From an uncultured Clostridium sp. (GTDB lineage Bacteria; Bacillota; Clostridia; TANB77; CAG-508), in assembly GCA_948468685.1 (NCBI GenBank), contig CAOKJC010000002.1:1-33428 (forward strand): a stretch of DNA of 33,428 bases. Reading direction: 5' to 3'. The notes under the pieces were generated by a model. It had not been told where the DNA came from, made no database searches, and saw only the letters and a list, made by a program, of their open reading frames with translations. A program made the position numbers and the translations under genes. This document shows positions 24,514-33,145 of this stretch, in pieces. How positions within the stretch are numbered: position 1 is the first letter of the stretch; the number at the start of each line of letters is the position of its first letter.

Positions 24514-25800
24514 ATGAATTGTAAAGTTGAAAAAACAGAGAACGCAAATGAAGTAAAATTAGAGTTAACAATAGAAGCTCAAAAATTTGATGAAGCAATA
24601 AAAAAAGTATATTTTCAAAGTGCAAAATACTTTAACATACCAGGATTTAGAAAAGGAAAAGCACCATTAAATATAGTAGAAAAATATTATGGAAAAGAAA
24701 TCTTCTATGAAGATGCCTTCAATGAAGTAGCACCAGCTGAAATGGAAGAAGCATTAAAAGAAAATAATATAGAAGTTGTAAGTAGAGCAGATATAGATGT
24801 AAAACAAATAGAAAAAGGAAAAGATTTAATATTTACAGCAATATTCCAAACAAAGCCAGAAGCAGAACTTGGAAAATATAAAGGTATAGAAATCAAAAAA
24901 ATAGAGTATACTGTATCAGATGAAGATATAAACCATGAATTATCACATATGCAAGAACACAACTCAAGACTAATATCAGTAGAAGATAGAGCAGTAGAAA
25001 GTGGAGACACAACAGTAATAGACTTCGAAGGATTTGTTGATGGTGTAGCATTTGAAGGTGGAAAAGCAGAAGGACATGAACTAGAAATAGGAAGTAACAC
25101 ATTTATACCAGGATTTGAAGACCAAATAATTGGAATGAAAATAGATGAAGAAAAAGATATAAATGTAAAATTCCCAGAAGAATATTTCTCAAAAGACTTA
25201 GCTGGAAAAGATGCAACATTTAAAGTAAAATTACATGAAATAAAGAAAAAAGAACTACCAGAATTAGATGACGAATTTGCAAAAGATGTAAGCGAATTTG
25301 AAACATTAGAAGAATTAAAGAAAAGCATCAAAGAAAAAATGGAAAAAGAAAATGAACAAAAACAAAAATATGAGACAGAAGATGCTATAATCAAAGCAGT
25401 ATGTGAAAATGTAAAAGTAGAAATTCCATCAGGAATGGTAGAATTAGAAACAGAAGATATGTTAAAAAATGTAGAAAATAGACTTGCATATCAAGGACTA
25501 AAATTAGAACAATATCTTCAAATGATGGGAAAAACAGCTGAAGAAGTAAAAAAAGAATATGAACCTCAAGCAATTGAAGCTATAAAATCAAGATTAATGT
25601 TAGAAGCAGTAATAAAGGCAGAAAAAATAGAAGCAACAGAAGATGAAATAGTAGAAAAAGTAAAAGAAATGGCTAAAAATTATGGAAAACCAGATGATGA
25701 AGAATTCTTAAAAAATGAAAATGTAAGAAAATACATAAAAAATGGATTAGAATCAGAAAAAGCTTTAGAATTTTTAGTAAAAAACGCAAAAATAAAATAA
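24514..25800 (+). CDS. tig: trigger factor
   Basis: 428 aa. Ribosome-binding GFRKGKAP motif, central FKBP PPIase domain (DFEGFVDGVAFEGG), C-terminal helical domain. Sits upstream of clpP-clpX. Confidence 0.97.
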   Translation: MNCKVEKTENANEVKLELTIEAQKFDEAIKKVYFQSAKYFNIPGFRKGKAPLNIVEKYYGKEIFYEDAFNEVAPAEMEEALKENNIEVVSRADIDVKQIEKGKDLIFTAIFQTKPEAELGKYKGIEIKKIEYTVSDEDINHELSHMQEHNSRLISVEDRAVESGDTTVIDFEGFVDGVAFEGGKAEGHELEIGSNTFIPGFEDQIIGMKIDEEKDINVKFPEEYFSKDLAGKDATFKVKLHEIKKKELPELDDEFAKDVSEFETLEELKKSIKEKMEKENEQKQKYETEDAIIKAVCENVKVEIPSGMVELETEDMLKNVENRLAYQGLKLEQYLQMMGKTAEEVKKEYEPQAIEAIKSRLMLEAVIKAEKIEATEDEIVEKVKEMAKNYGKPDDEEFLKNENVRKYIKNGLESEKALEFLVKNAKIK

Positions 25801-25814
25801 GATATAAAAAATAG

Positions 25815-25865
25815 AAATGGTTGGGGTGAAAAAAATAAACAAAATTCATTGCCAGCCATTTTTTG
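25815..25865 (+). terminator. putative tig terminator (long loop)
   Basis: AAATGGTTGG ... CCAGCCATTT (one G:U pair), then TTTT. Confidence 0.5.
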
Positions 25866-25888
25866 CGTAAAATTAAATTTATTGGTTC

Positions 25889-25952
25889 TGTGTCAAAAGA
25901 GACGCCATTTTTTGACACAAAATCATGCCAAAAAGGGACGTCCCTTTTGGCA
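25889..25952. repeat. two GGGAC-family palindromic repeats upstream of clpP
   Basis: TGTGTCAAAAGAGACGCCATTTTTTGACACA (25889..25919) and TGCCAAAAAGGGACGTCCCTTTTGGCA (25926..25952). Confidence 0.8.
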
Positions 25953-25976
25953 CAAAATATATAGGAGGAAAAAAGA

Positions 25977-26588
25977 ATGTTAGAAAAAAATAGTTTAGTA
26001 CCTTACGTGATTGAACAAACAAGTAAAGGAGAAAGATCATACGATATATTCTCAAGATTATTAAAAGATAGAATAATATTTTTAGGAGAAGATGTAAATG
26101 CAACATCAGCAAGTTTAGTAATAGCACAATTATTATTCTTAGAATCAGAAGATCCAGATAAAGAAATATTTTTATATATAAACTCACCAGGAGGATCAAT
26201 AACAGATGGAATGGGAATAGTAGACACAATGAACTATATCAAATGTCCAGTAACAACAATATGTGTAGGATTAGCAGCAAGTTTTGGAGCAGTTCTACTA
26301 GCAAATGGTGAAAAAGGAAAAAGATTTGCAACACCAAACTCTGAGATATTAATACATCAACCATTAATCGGAGGTCAAGGTGGAGGAATTTCAGGTCAAG
26401 CAACTGAAATTAAAATACATGCAGATCATATGATAAGAACAAGAGAAAAATTAAATAAATTATTAAGTGAAAAAACAGGCCAACCAATAGAAGTAATAGA
26501 AAGAGATACAGAAAGAGACCATTACATGACAGCACAAGAAGCTTTAGAGTATGGATTAATTGATGGTATCATGGATAAAAGAATATAA
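25977..26588 (+). CDS. clpP: ATP-dependent Clp protease proteolytic subunit
   Basis: [19 protein letters not shown]; catalytic Ser in GLAASFGA, His in IHQP, Asp in ERDTERD. Confidence 0.97.
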   Translation: MLEKNSLVPYVIEQTSKGERSYDIFSRLLKDRIIFLGEDVNATSASLVIAQLLFLESEDPDKEIFLYINSPGGSITDGMGIVDTMNYIKCPVTTICVGLAASFGAVLLANGEKGKRFATPNSEILIHQPLIGGQGGGISGQATEIKIHADHMIRTREKLNKLLSEKTGQPIEVIERDTERDHYMTAQEALEYGLIDGIMDKRI

Positions 26589-26626
26589 ATATTTTAAATT
26601 TTGTTTTTAAAATTTCTAATTAAAAA

Positions 26627-26723
26627 TATTGTGAAATTGTTAATATATAAACATTTTTCGTTCAAAACATATCTGGGGTCTAGTATTAGGTCTTGAACTT
26701 CAAAATGTTTATATACCACAATA
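26627..26723. repeat. ~97-nt extended imperfect hairpin in the clpP-clpX spacer
   Basis: Nested complementary arms TATTGTG/CACAATA, TATATAAACATTTT/AAAATGTTTATATA and GTTCAA/TTGAAC around a GC-richer loop CTGGGGTCTAGTATTAGGTC. Confidence 0.5.
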
Positions 26724-26802
26724 AAAATAAAATTTGTTTAATTGTAACAATTAAATAAGAAAAAATTTAAAATAGTAAAAGTAGAGAAGGGAAAGAAAAA
26801 GT

Positions 26803-28122
26803 ATGGCTAAAAATGATGTGCCAAAAAATGTAAGATGTTCATTTTGTGGAAAATCACAAGAAAGTGTAAAAAAAATAGTTGCAGGACCAGGAGTATATAT
26901 ATGTGATGAATGTGTAGATTTATGTACAAGTATAATTGCAGCTGAAGTATATGAAGATGAAGAAGTAGGATATACATTAAATGACTTAGATAAAATACCT
27001 AGTCCAAAAGAAATAAAGAAAATATTAGATGAATATGTAATAGGTCAAGAAGAAGCAAAAAGAACATTATCAGTAGCAGTATATAATCATTATAAAAGAA
27101 TAGCACATGAAGACAATGATAAAAAAGATGATGTAGAAATACAAAAAAGTAATATATTACTATTAGGACCAACAGGATGTGGGAAAACACTTTTAGCAAG
27201 AACACTTGCAAAAATATTAAATGTACCATTTGCAATAGCAGATGCAACAACACTTACAGAAGCAGGATATGTTGGAGAAGATGTTGAAAATATTCTATTA
27301 AAACTTATACAAGCAGCAGATGGAGATATACAAAAAGCAGAAAAAGGAATTGTATATATAGATGAAATTGATAAAATAACAAGAAAATCTGAAAATTTAT
27401 CAATCACAAGAGATGTAAGTGGAGAAGGAGTACAACAAGCACTATTAAAAATAGTAGAAGGAACAGTAGCATCAGTACCACCACAAGGAGGAAGAAAACA
27501 TCCAAATCAAGAAATGCTACAAATAAATACAGAAAATATTTTATTTATTTGTGGAGGAGCATTTGAAGGATTAGAAAACATTATAAAAGAAAGAACTGGT
27601 AAAAAGAGTATAGGATTTGGAACAAAAATAGAAAGCCAAAAAGAAATTAATAAATATGAAATATTTCAAGAAATGTTACCACAAGATTTATTAAAATATG
27701 GTTTAATACCAGAATTTATAGGAAGATTGCCAATAATAGCAACACTTAAAGATTTAGATAAAGAAGCATTAATCCAAATAGCAACAGAACCAAAAAATGC
27801 TCTAGTAAAACAATACAAAAAATTATTAGAAATGGATAATGTAGAGCTTGAATTTAAACAAGAAGCATTAGAAGCAATTGTAGATAAAGCTATAGAAAGA
27901 AAAACTGGAGCAAGAGGACTTCGTTCAATTATAGAAGAAATAATGAGAGATATTATGTTTGAAGTTCCATCAACACCAAATATTTCAAAATGTATAATAA
28001 ATAAAGAAACAGTTTTAAATAAAGTAGAACCAGAAATAGTAATTGATGAGAATAGAGAAATAGAAAAACAGGCAAAAGCAAAGAAAAATAGACATGTACC
28101 AGAAAGTAAAGTAACAGCATAA
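26803..28122 (+). CDS. clpX: ATP-dependent Clp protease ATP-binding subunit ClpX
   Basis: N-terminal C4 zinc finger CSFCGK...CDEC, Walker [12 protein letters not shown], Walker [13 protein letters not shown]-type loop (IGFG), sensor-2 GARGLRSI. Confidence 0.97.
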   Translation: MAKNDVPKNVRCSFCGKSQESVKKIVAGPGVYICDECVDLCTSIIAAEVYEDEEVGYTLNDLDKIPSPKEIKKILDEYVIGQEEAKRTLSVAVYNHYKRIAHEDNDKKDDVEIQKSNILLLGPTGCGKTLLARTLAKILNVPFAIADATTLTEAGYVGEDVENILLKLIQAADGDIQKAEKGIVYIDEIDKITRKSENLSITRDVSGEGVQQALLKIVEGTVASVPPQGGRKHPNQEMLQINTENILFICGGAFEGLENIIKERTGKKSIGFGTKIESQKEINKYEIFQEMLPQDLLKYGLIPEFIGRLPIIATLKDLDKEALIQIATEPKNALVKQYKKLLEMDNVELEFKQEALEAIVDKAIERKTGARGLRSIIEEIMRDIMFEVPSTPNISKCIINKETVLNKVEPEIVIDENREIEKQAKAKKNRHVPESKVTA

Positions 28123-28180
28123 ATTTGACTATATAATAGTATTGAACTATAATTTAGAACAAAAGCGGATTATAATATAA

Positions 28181-28221
28181 AAAAAGAAAAAAGACAGAAT
28201 TTTCTGCCTTTTTCTTTTTTT
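28181..28221. terminator. bidirectional A/T-flanked terminator after clpX
   Basis: AAAAAGAAAAAAGACAGAA TTTT CTGCCTTTTTCTTTTTTT. Confidence 0.65.
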
Positions 28222-28249
28222 GGATACTATCGTTTTCCATAGAGGAAAA

Positions 28250-28411
28250 TTATGCATATATCCGATTACCAAGAACATACAAATTTTGAAATTTTCCACG
28301 ATTTTGAAAATTTGTTGTTACATCAACTTCCTGTAAAAATTTTTCTAAAGCATTCATTGCATCTAAAAAAGAATCAAATTCAGTTGCTAAAAGTTCATCC
28401 AATTTTTTCAT
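28250..28411 (-). CDS. 53-aa hypothetical protein (below the ORF-track length cutoff)
   Basis: Hand translation gives MKKLDELLATEFDSFLDAMNALEKFLQEVDVTTNFQNRGKFQNLYVLGNRIYA. GGAGGAAAA RBS 5 nt upstream of the ATG. The terminator at 28181..28221 lies downstream. Confidence 0.45.
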   Translation of the reverse strand: MKKLDELLATEFDSFLDAMNALEKFLQEVDVTTNFQNRGKFQNLYVLGNRIYA

Positions 28412-28611
28412 AAGTTTTCCTCCTTTCAAATTAAGATAGTATTATATTAATATAAAATAAATGAAAAGTCTGTCGAAACTTGAAAATAGATTAAAAAAAG
28501 TAAAGTAGTAATTGATAATTGTACAAGCTTATGATAACATTATTCAGTAATTAAAAAGCGTAATAAAAAATACTGTAAAATTAAAAGATAGTGCAAAAGG
28601 AGAGAAAAAAT

Positions 28612-29190
28612 ATGAAAATTATATTAGCATCACAATCACCTAGAAGAAAAGAATTATTAGAATTAATAGTACCAAAATTTGAAATAATGGTAAGTAATGA
28701 AAAAGAAGAATTAGAAGAAGGATTAAAACCAGAAGAACAAGCAACTAGACTAGCTTATATAAAAGCAAAAAGTATATTTGATAAAACAGAAGGTGATAGA
28801 ATAATTATTGCATCAGATACAATGGTAGTAAAAAATGAAAAAATATATGGAAAACCTGAAAATAGAGAACATGCAAAAGAAATGATAAAAGAACTACTAG
28901 AAGGAGATAGAACTCATAAAATATTAAGTGGATTAAGTGTTTTAATTCAAAAAGATAAAGAATATAAAGAAATTAAAACATATGATGAAGTTAAAGTATA
29001 TCTAAAAAATATATCAGACAAAGAAATAGAAAAGTGGATAGATACAGGAAAGGCTATGGATAAAGCAGGAGCATATGGAATTCAAAATGAGTTCTGTGTT
29101 TTTGTTGAAAAAATAGAAGGAAATTATACTTCAGTTGTTGGACTTCCAACACATAAGGTGTATGATATTATAAAAGAATACATAGATTAA
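28612..29190 (+). CDS. maf: Maf-family nucleoside triphosphate pyrophosphatase (septum formation protein Maf)
   Basis: Start at MKIILASQSPRRKELL after AAGGAGAG. Motifs ASDTMV, KAGAYGIQ, NYTSVVGLP. Confidence 0.92.
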   Translation: MKIILASQSPRRKELLELIVPKFEIMVSNEKEELEEGLKPEEQATRLAYIKAKSIFDKTEGDRIIIASDTMVVKNEKIYGKPENREHAKEMIKELLEGDRTHKILSGLSVLIQKDKEYKEIKTYDEVKVYLKNISDKEIEKWIDTGKAMDKAGAYGIQNEFCVFVEKIEGNYTSVVGLPTHKVYDIIKEYID

Positions 29191-29339
29191 AATATTTAAT
29201 AAATAGTAAAAGGAAAATAATTACTTTATCAAAACAAAGAATTAAAATCGAATATACATAAACTGTTTACTTTTTAATATTCTTTGTGATATAATGCTAT
29301 CATAAATTTAGCAGAAGTAAAAATAACTTGTAAACAATA

Positions 29340-29729
29340 ATGATTTATCATAATATATATAAATCATGGGCATGGACAGGAGGACATGCAGATGGAGATA
29401 ATGATTTATTACATGTAGCATTAAAAGAGGCAGAAGAAGAAACAGGATTAAAAAATTTGAAGCTATTAAGTAATGGGATATATGGGATTCAAATAGTTAC
29501 TGTAGATAGTCATATAAAAAGAGGGAAATTTGTCCCATCACATTTACATTTAGACTGCTGTTTCTTATTAGAGGCAGATGAAGATGAAGTGGTAAGAATA
29601 AAAGAAGATGAAAACAGCGGAGTACAATGGATTGATATTGACAAAGCAGTAGAAGTTACAAATGAAGAAAAGATGAAACCTATATATAGAAAACTAAATG
29701 AAAAATTATGTAAAAAATATATAGGTTAA
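29340..29729 (+). CDS. NUDIX hydrolase, apparently lacking the usual N-terminal ~35-40 residues
   Basis: Nudix box GGHADGDNDLLHVALKEAEEETGL lies only 14 residues from the start. There is an in-frame stop 3 codons upstream of the ATG and no convincing RBS. Confidence 0.7.
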   Translation: MIYHNIYKSWAWTGGHADGDNDLLHVALKEAEEETGLKNLKLLSNGIYGIQIVTVDSHIKRGKFVPSHLHLDCCFLLEADEDEVVRIKEDENSGVQWIDIDKAVEVTNEEKMKPIYRKLNEKLCKKYIG

Positions 29730-29779
29730 AATATTTAGTAAATAATAAAAGGAAAAGATAAATCTTTATTAAAAAAATT

Positions 29780-29809
29780 ATGGGCAGAGAGAGAAAATTC
29801 TCTGCCCAT
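29780..29809. terminator. bidirectional terminator (NUDIX on +, M14 fragment on -)
   Basis: 11-bp stem ATGGGCAGAGA / TCTCTGCCCAT with A-rich and T-rich flanks. Confidence 0.8.
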
Positions 29810-29818
29810 ATTTCTATT

Positions 29819-30315
29819 TTATAATGCAGCACCCAAAACTAAAATACCTAGATTGTCTCTATAAATTTCATCAAATTGAGAAATAGGCAAAGGATTTTCA
29901 CCAATACCAGCCTCGATGGTATAACCAGGACGATTATAGGTTTGAATAAACCAATCTTTAAAACCTGCAAAACTAGAATTATAAGGAACATCAGTTAATT
30001 CATAACCACTAGAATTTGCGAAACGTTTACCAATCTCATAACCACGAGGAGGATTAATATTCTGAAAATTCCAATAAATTTCTTTACCTTGAGTATGATA
30101 AGAAATAGTCAATCTAAAATCATGTGAAAGAGCAAAATCATAAATAACTAAAGCCTCAGGCTCAGTTAAAGGACCAAAGCCAACAAAATCACGAGGTGCA
30201 GGGGTAGTAAAACCTTGTGAATATTTTATTTTTTTTGCATTTTCCCAACCAGCAGGAAATTGTAGATTTAAATCTACACCTGTGGTATTAAAAATATACC
30301 AACCACAAAAATAAT
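29819..30315 (-). pseudogene. 5'-truncated M14-family gamma-D-glutamyl-(L)-meso-diaminopimelate peptidase-like gene
   Basis: The open frame extends upstream of the track ORF without any ATG: ...NTTGVDLNLQFPAGWENAKKIKYSQGFTTPAPRDFVGFGPLTEPEALVIYDFALSHDFRLTISYHTQGKEIYWNF...YTIEAG. The N-terminal half, including the HxxE zinc site, is missing. Similarity ends near 30310. Confidence 0.75.
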
Positions 30316-30412
30316 TTAATAAAACGCAGTAATCATCTATATTACAGAGTTTCTTTTATCGTTGGAAGTTCCGAGTATTAACGAAGGAAAGCTCCATACG
30401 AGAAAAGTATGC

Positions 30413-30460
30413 GAATTGGTACAAATTCTTGAAAATTTATTTTTTAGAATTTGTCAATTC
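30413..30460. promoter_or_regulatory. pair of near-palindromic sites upstream of the Rep-like gene (operator/iteron candidates)
   Basis: GAATTGGTACAAATTC (30413..30428) and GAATTTGTCAATTC (30447..30460) in inverted orientation. Confidence 0.35.
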
Positions 30461-30522
30461 GTATTTCAAAAGAGAAACCCTGTATTTTTTATGCAAAATT
30501 ACTGCTAGAATTGGAGTGGTAT

Positions 30523-31008
30523 ATGAAAGAAAATCAAGATAATGTTGGATATTATTCTATAATTCCAGCAACAATTTTATACAATAAAGAACTAAAAGCA
30601 AATGAAAAATTATTATATGCAATTATAACATCACTTGCTTGTAAAGAAGGATATTGTTTTGCAACAAATAAATATTTAGCAGAAAAATTAGGTGTAAATC
30701 CTAAAACAATTTCAAATTGGATTTCAGATTTAAGCAAAAGAAATTTTATAATTGTTGAAGTAATTAGAAATGAGAATAAGCAAATTATTCAAAGAAAAAT
30801 TTATATAAATGATGTACCCTATCCATTAAATATTGGATACCAGTATCAATCAAAAAATGGACAGGCTATCCATCAAAAAGTGGAAGATAATAGTATAAGA
30901 AATAATATTAAAACTAATAAAAAGGGTTATTCAAATTATACAAATCAAAGAGAATATTCAGAAGAATTTTTGAATAGTTTGTATGCAAATTCACAATACA
31001 TAAATTAA
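30523..31008 (+). CDS. helix-turn-helix replication-initiator-like protein (HTH_36 / DnaD-type)
   Basis: Start at MKENQDNVGYYSIIPATILYNKELKANEKLLYAIITSLACKEGYCFATNKYLAEKLGVNPKTISNWISDLSKRNFI, the typical wHTH of plasmid/phage Rep-organizer proteins. GGAGTGG RBS. Confidence 0.7.
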   Translation: MKENQDNVGYYSIIPATILYNKELKANEKLLYAIITSLACKEGYCFATNKYLAEKLGVNPKTISNWISDLSKRNFIIVEVIRNENKQIIQRKIYINDVPYPLNIGYQYQSKNGQAIHQKVEDNSIRNNIKTNKKGYSNYTNQREYSEEFLNSLYANSQYIN

Positions 31009-31084
31009 AAATTTTGATGAAAAAATCAAACGAAGACTTATAAAAAATGAATAAAAAATTCTCCCAGCGGGTTAAAAAGGTATT

Positions 31085-31168
31085 AGGAGATTTTCTCCTA
31101 AACGGCAATTTGTGGTCCATTGGACCAAGCCGGCGAATATTGGGCATTAAAAAATGCCACAATATTCG
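31085..31168. promoter_or_regulatory. oriT-like cluster of inverted repeats upstream of mobC
   Basis: AGGAGA/TCTCCT (31085..31099), TGGTCCA-T-TGGACCA (31113..31127), and a nested hairpin CGAATATT-GGCATT-AAAA-AATGCC-AATATTCG (31134..31168). Locally GC-rich. Confidence 0.4.
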
Positions 31169-31263
31169 GATCAAAAATCTTTTGCTAAAAATATCAAATT
31201 TTGATTTGCTAGTATTGATATTTTATAACAAAGAAGTTTTAGTATATAAAGGAGTGAGTTAAA

Positions 31264-31677
31264 ATGGAATTAAATTCAGATAATAGAACAGAAATGATAA
31301 AAGCAAGAGTATCTGAAGAAGAAAAGATTTTAATAAAAGCAAAAGCAGAATATTATGGATATAAACAATTATCTAAATATATAAGAGATTCTGCAGTTTA
31401 TGAAAAGGTAACTAATATTGACTTAGTAGGAAAAAATGAAATATTAAAAGCATATTCAGATAATACACAGATATTAAAAGAAATGAATAAAAGTATAAAA
31501 CATATTGCGATATTTGCTACACAAATTGATAAATACGAAAGAGAAGAACTAAAATTTAAAATGCTTGAGATTTTAAAGAATCAAAAAGAAATGATAAAGT
31601 TAATTGATAAAAAATTAGATTTAGATATATGGCAAGAAGTAAATCATAGAAAATTAAATAAAAGGGCTGACAAATAA
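31264..31677 (+). CDS. mobC: MobC-like mobilization (relaxosome accessory, ribbon-helix-helix) protein
   Basis: RTEMIKARVSEEEKILIKAKAEYYGYKQLSKYIRDSAV matches the MobC signature (R..x..vRls.eE...l...A...G.s.S.yiR). Confidence 0.7.
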   Translation: MELNSDNRTEMIKARVSEEEKILIKAKAEYYGYKQLSKYIRDSAVYEKVTNIDLVGKNEILKAYSDNTQILKEMNKSIKHIAIFATQIDKYEREELKFKMLEILKNQKEMIKLIDKKLDLDIWQEVNHRKLNKRADK

Positions 31678-31745
31678 AATTGACAAATTACCAAAATAGA
31701 TACATAATGTTATTATATAATATGTAAAATTAGAAGGTGAAAGTA

Positions 31746-32384
31746 ATGAACATTTCTAAATTAGTTCAAGAGTGTATCGAAAATTATCAAGATACTGAGC
31801 CTATATTTATAGAAGATGTAAAAAAATATATCACAAAAAAATGTGATAAAAAAGATAATGTTATAAAGAATGTAAGTATAATATTAAATAAGTTAAAAAG
31901 AAAAGGAATTATAAAATCTGCATATAGAGGAATTTATTATAAACCTGGAAGGTGTGTTTTTGGAGAAACTGGATTAGACTATACAAGATTGATAAAATTA
32001 AAATATTTAAAAGATCGAGAAGGCAATATAAAAGGATATATAACAGGGGCTAAATTATTTAATTGGATAGGATTTATAACATTAGTTCCTAATGTAATGG
32101 AAATAGTAACAAATGAATGTAAATATTATAAAAAATATGATGATAAATTAAGAACATACATTATAAAACCTAAAATGCAAATAACAAACGAAAATCATCA
32201 ATATTTACAATTTTTAGATATTTTAGAAAATAAAGATAATATCCATATTGAAGTAGAGAAAGAAAATAAAATCTTATATAATATCATAAGAGAATGTAAT
32301 TTAAATTTTGAAAAATTAATAAAATATGCTAAAGAAACAAATAATAAAAAAGCATTAGTTAAACTATTAATATTAAAAAAGTGA
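31746..32384 (+). CDS. AbiEi-like / wHTH protein of unknown function
   Basis: Start at MNISKL after GAAGGTGA. LNKLKRKGIIKSAYRGIYYKP and GYITGAKLFNWIGFITLVPNVMEIVTNE resemble AbiEi-type antitoxin N-terminal and middle regions. No AbiEii partner follows. Confidence 0.4.
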   Translation: MNISKLVQECIENYQDTEPIFIEDVKKYITKKCDKKDNVIKNVSIILNKLKRKGIIKSAYRGIYYKPGRCVFGETGLDYTRLIKLKYLKDREGNIKGYITGAKLFNWIGFITLVPNVMEIVTNECKYYKKYDDKLRTYIIKPKMQITNENHQYLQFLDILENKDNIHIEVEKENKILYNIIRECNLNFEKLIKYAKETNNKKALVKLLILKK

Positions 32385-32464
32385 AAATTATTTATTAAAA
32401 CAATTGATTTTGAGATAAAATAATGATAAAATATTGATAATAAATGTAAAGGAGAGTGTGAGCT

Positions 32465-32776
32465 ATGATTAATATTAGACCAGTGTCAGATTTAAGAAAT
32501 AAATATCCAGAAATAGAGGACTTAGTTTTAAAAGAAGATGAAGCAGTTTATTTGACCAAAAATGGATATGGTTCAATGGTAGTTTTAAGTTTAGAGAAAT
32601 ATGCAGAAATGCTAAAAAGTTTAGATAAAGAAAAAGCTTTAGAGGCAAGATTTGGAGTCATTGATATTGATAAAGCTCTAGAAGAAGCAGAGGAAGAAGC
32701 TAATAATCCTAACACTAAATGCCATTCTCATGAAGAAATGAAACAAATGGCAAGGAGGATAATTGATGGTAAATAA
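32465..32776 (+). CDS. type II antitoxin, Phd/YefM family
   Basis: MINIRPVSDLRNKYPEIEDLVLKEDEAVYLTKNGYGSMVVLSLEKYAEM is the canonical Phd/YefM N-terminal fold. Overlaps the toxin gene by 14 nt. Confidence 0.8.
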   Translation: MINIRPVSDLRNKYPEIEDLVLKEDEAVYLTKNGYGSMVVLSLEKYAEMLKSLDKEKALEARFGVIDIDKALEEAEEEANNPNTKCHSHEEMKQMARRIIDGK

Positions 32777-33080
32777 AAAATATGAAATAGAATATCTTCC
32801 AACATTTATTTCACAATTTAATAATATTTTGTATTACATTACATATGAACTTAAAAATAAAATAGCAGCAGATAATTTTTATAATGAAGTAGTGAAACAA
32901 ATTGAGATAAGAAGCGAAGCTCCAGAAGCGTACGAAGTTTTTAAAACAATTAAAAATGGAGAAGTAAAATATTATAAAATAAATGTAAAAAATTATACAA
33001 TATTTTATGTTGTAAAAAACAATATAATGGAAATAAGAAGAATATATTATAGTCAAAGAAATTTTGATAATTTAATATAA
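32763..33080 (+). CDS. type II toxin, RelE/ParE family
   Basis: 105 aa. YEIEYLPTF...APEAYEVF...YYKINVKNYTIFYVVKNNIMEIRRIYYSQRNFDNL follows the RelE/ParE pattern. Translationally coupled to the antitoxin. Confidence 0.8.
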   Translation: MMVNKKYEIEYLPTFISQFNNILYYITYELKNKIAADNFYNEVVKQIEIRSEAPEAYEVFKTIKNGEVKYYKINVKNYTIFYVVKNNIMEIRRIYYSQRNFDNLI

Positions 33081-33145
33081 AATAGCATTGTACACAAAAA
33101 GAAAAAATAAAGTTTGTGAAAAAATGGGAAAATTTTAAATAGGTC

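Noticed and set aside
28259-28264. CGG near the end of the 53-aa ORF considered as a seventh C-GGN frameshift site.
   Set aside because: Skipping the C extends the frame through the terminator hairpin into low-complexity sequence, and no conserved motif is restored.
30340-30420. GC-richer segment at the element junction examined as a tRNA/tmRNA fragment or a group II intron end.
   Set aside because: It has no T-arm GTTCGAATC-like motif, no acceptor-stem pairing and no domain V-like hairpin. It is kept only as part of the junction description.
31047-31262. 71-aa plus-strand ORF between the Rep-like gene and mobC.
   Set aside because: It has no RBS, and it spans the inverted-repeat cluster that is better explained as an oriT/origin-like structure.
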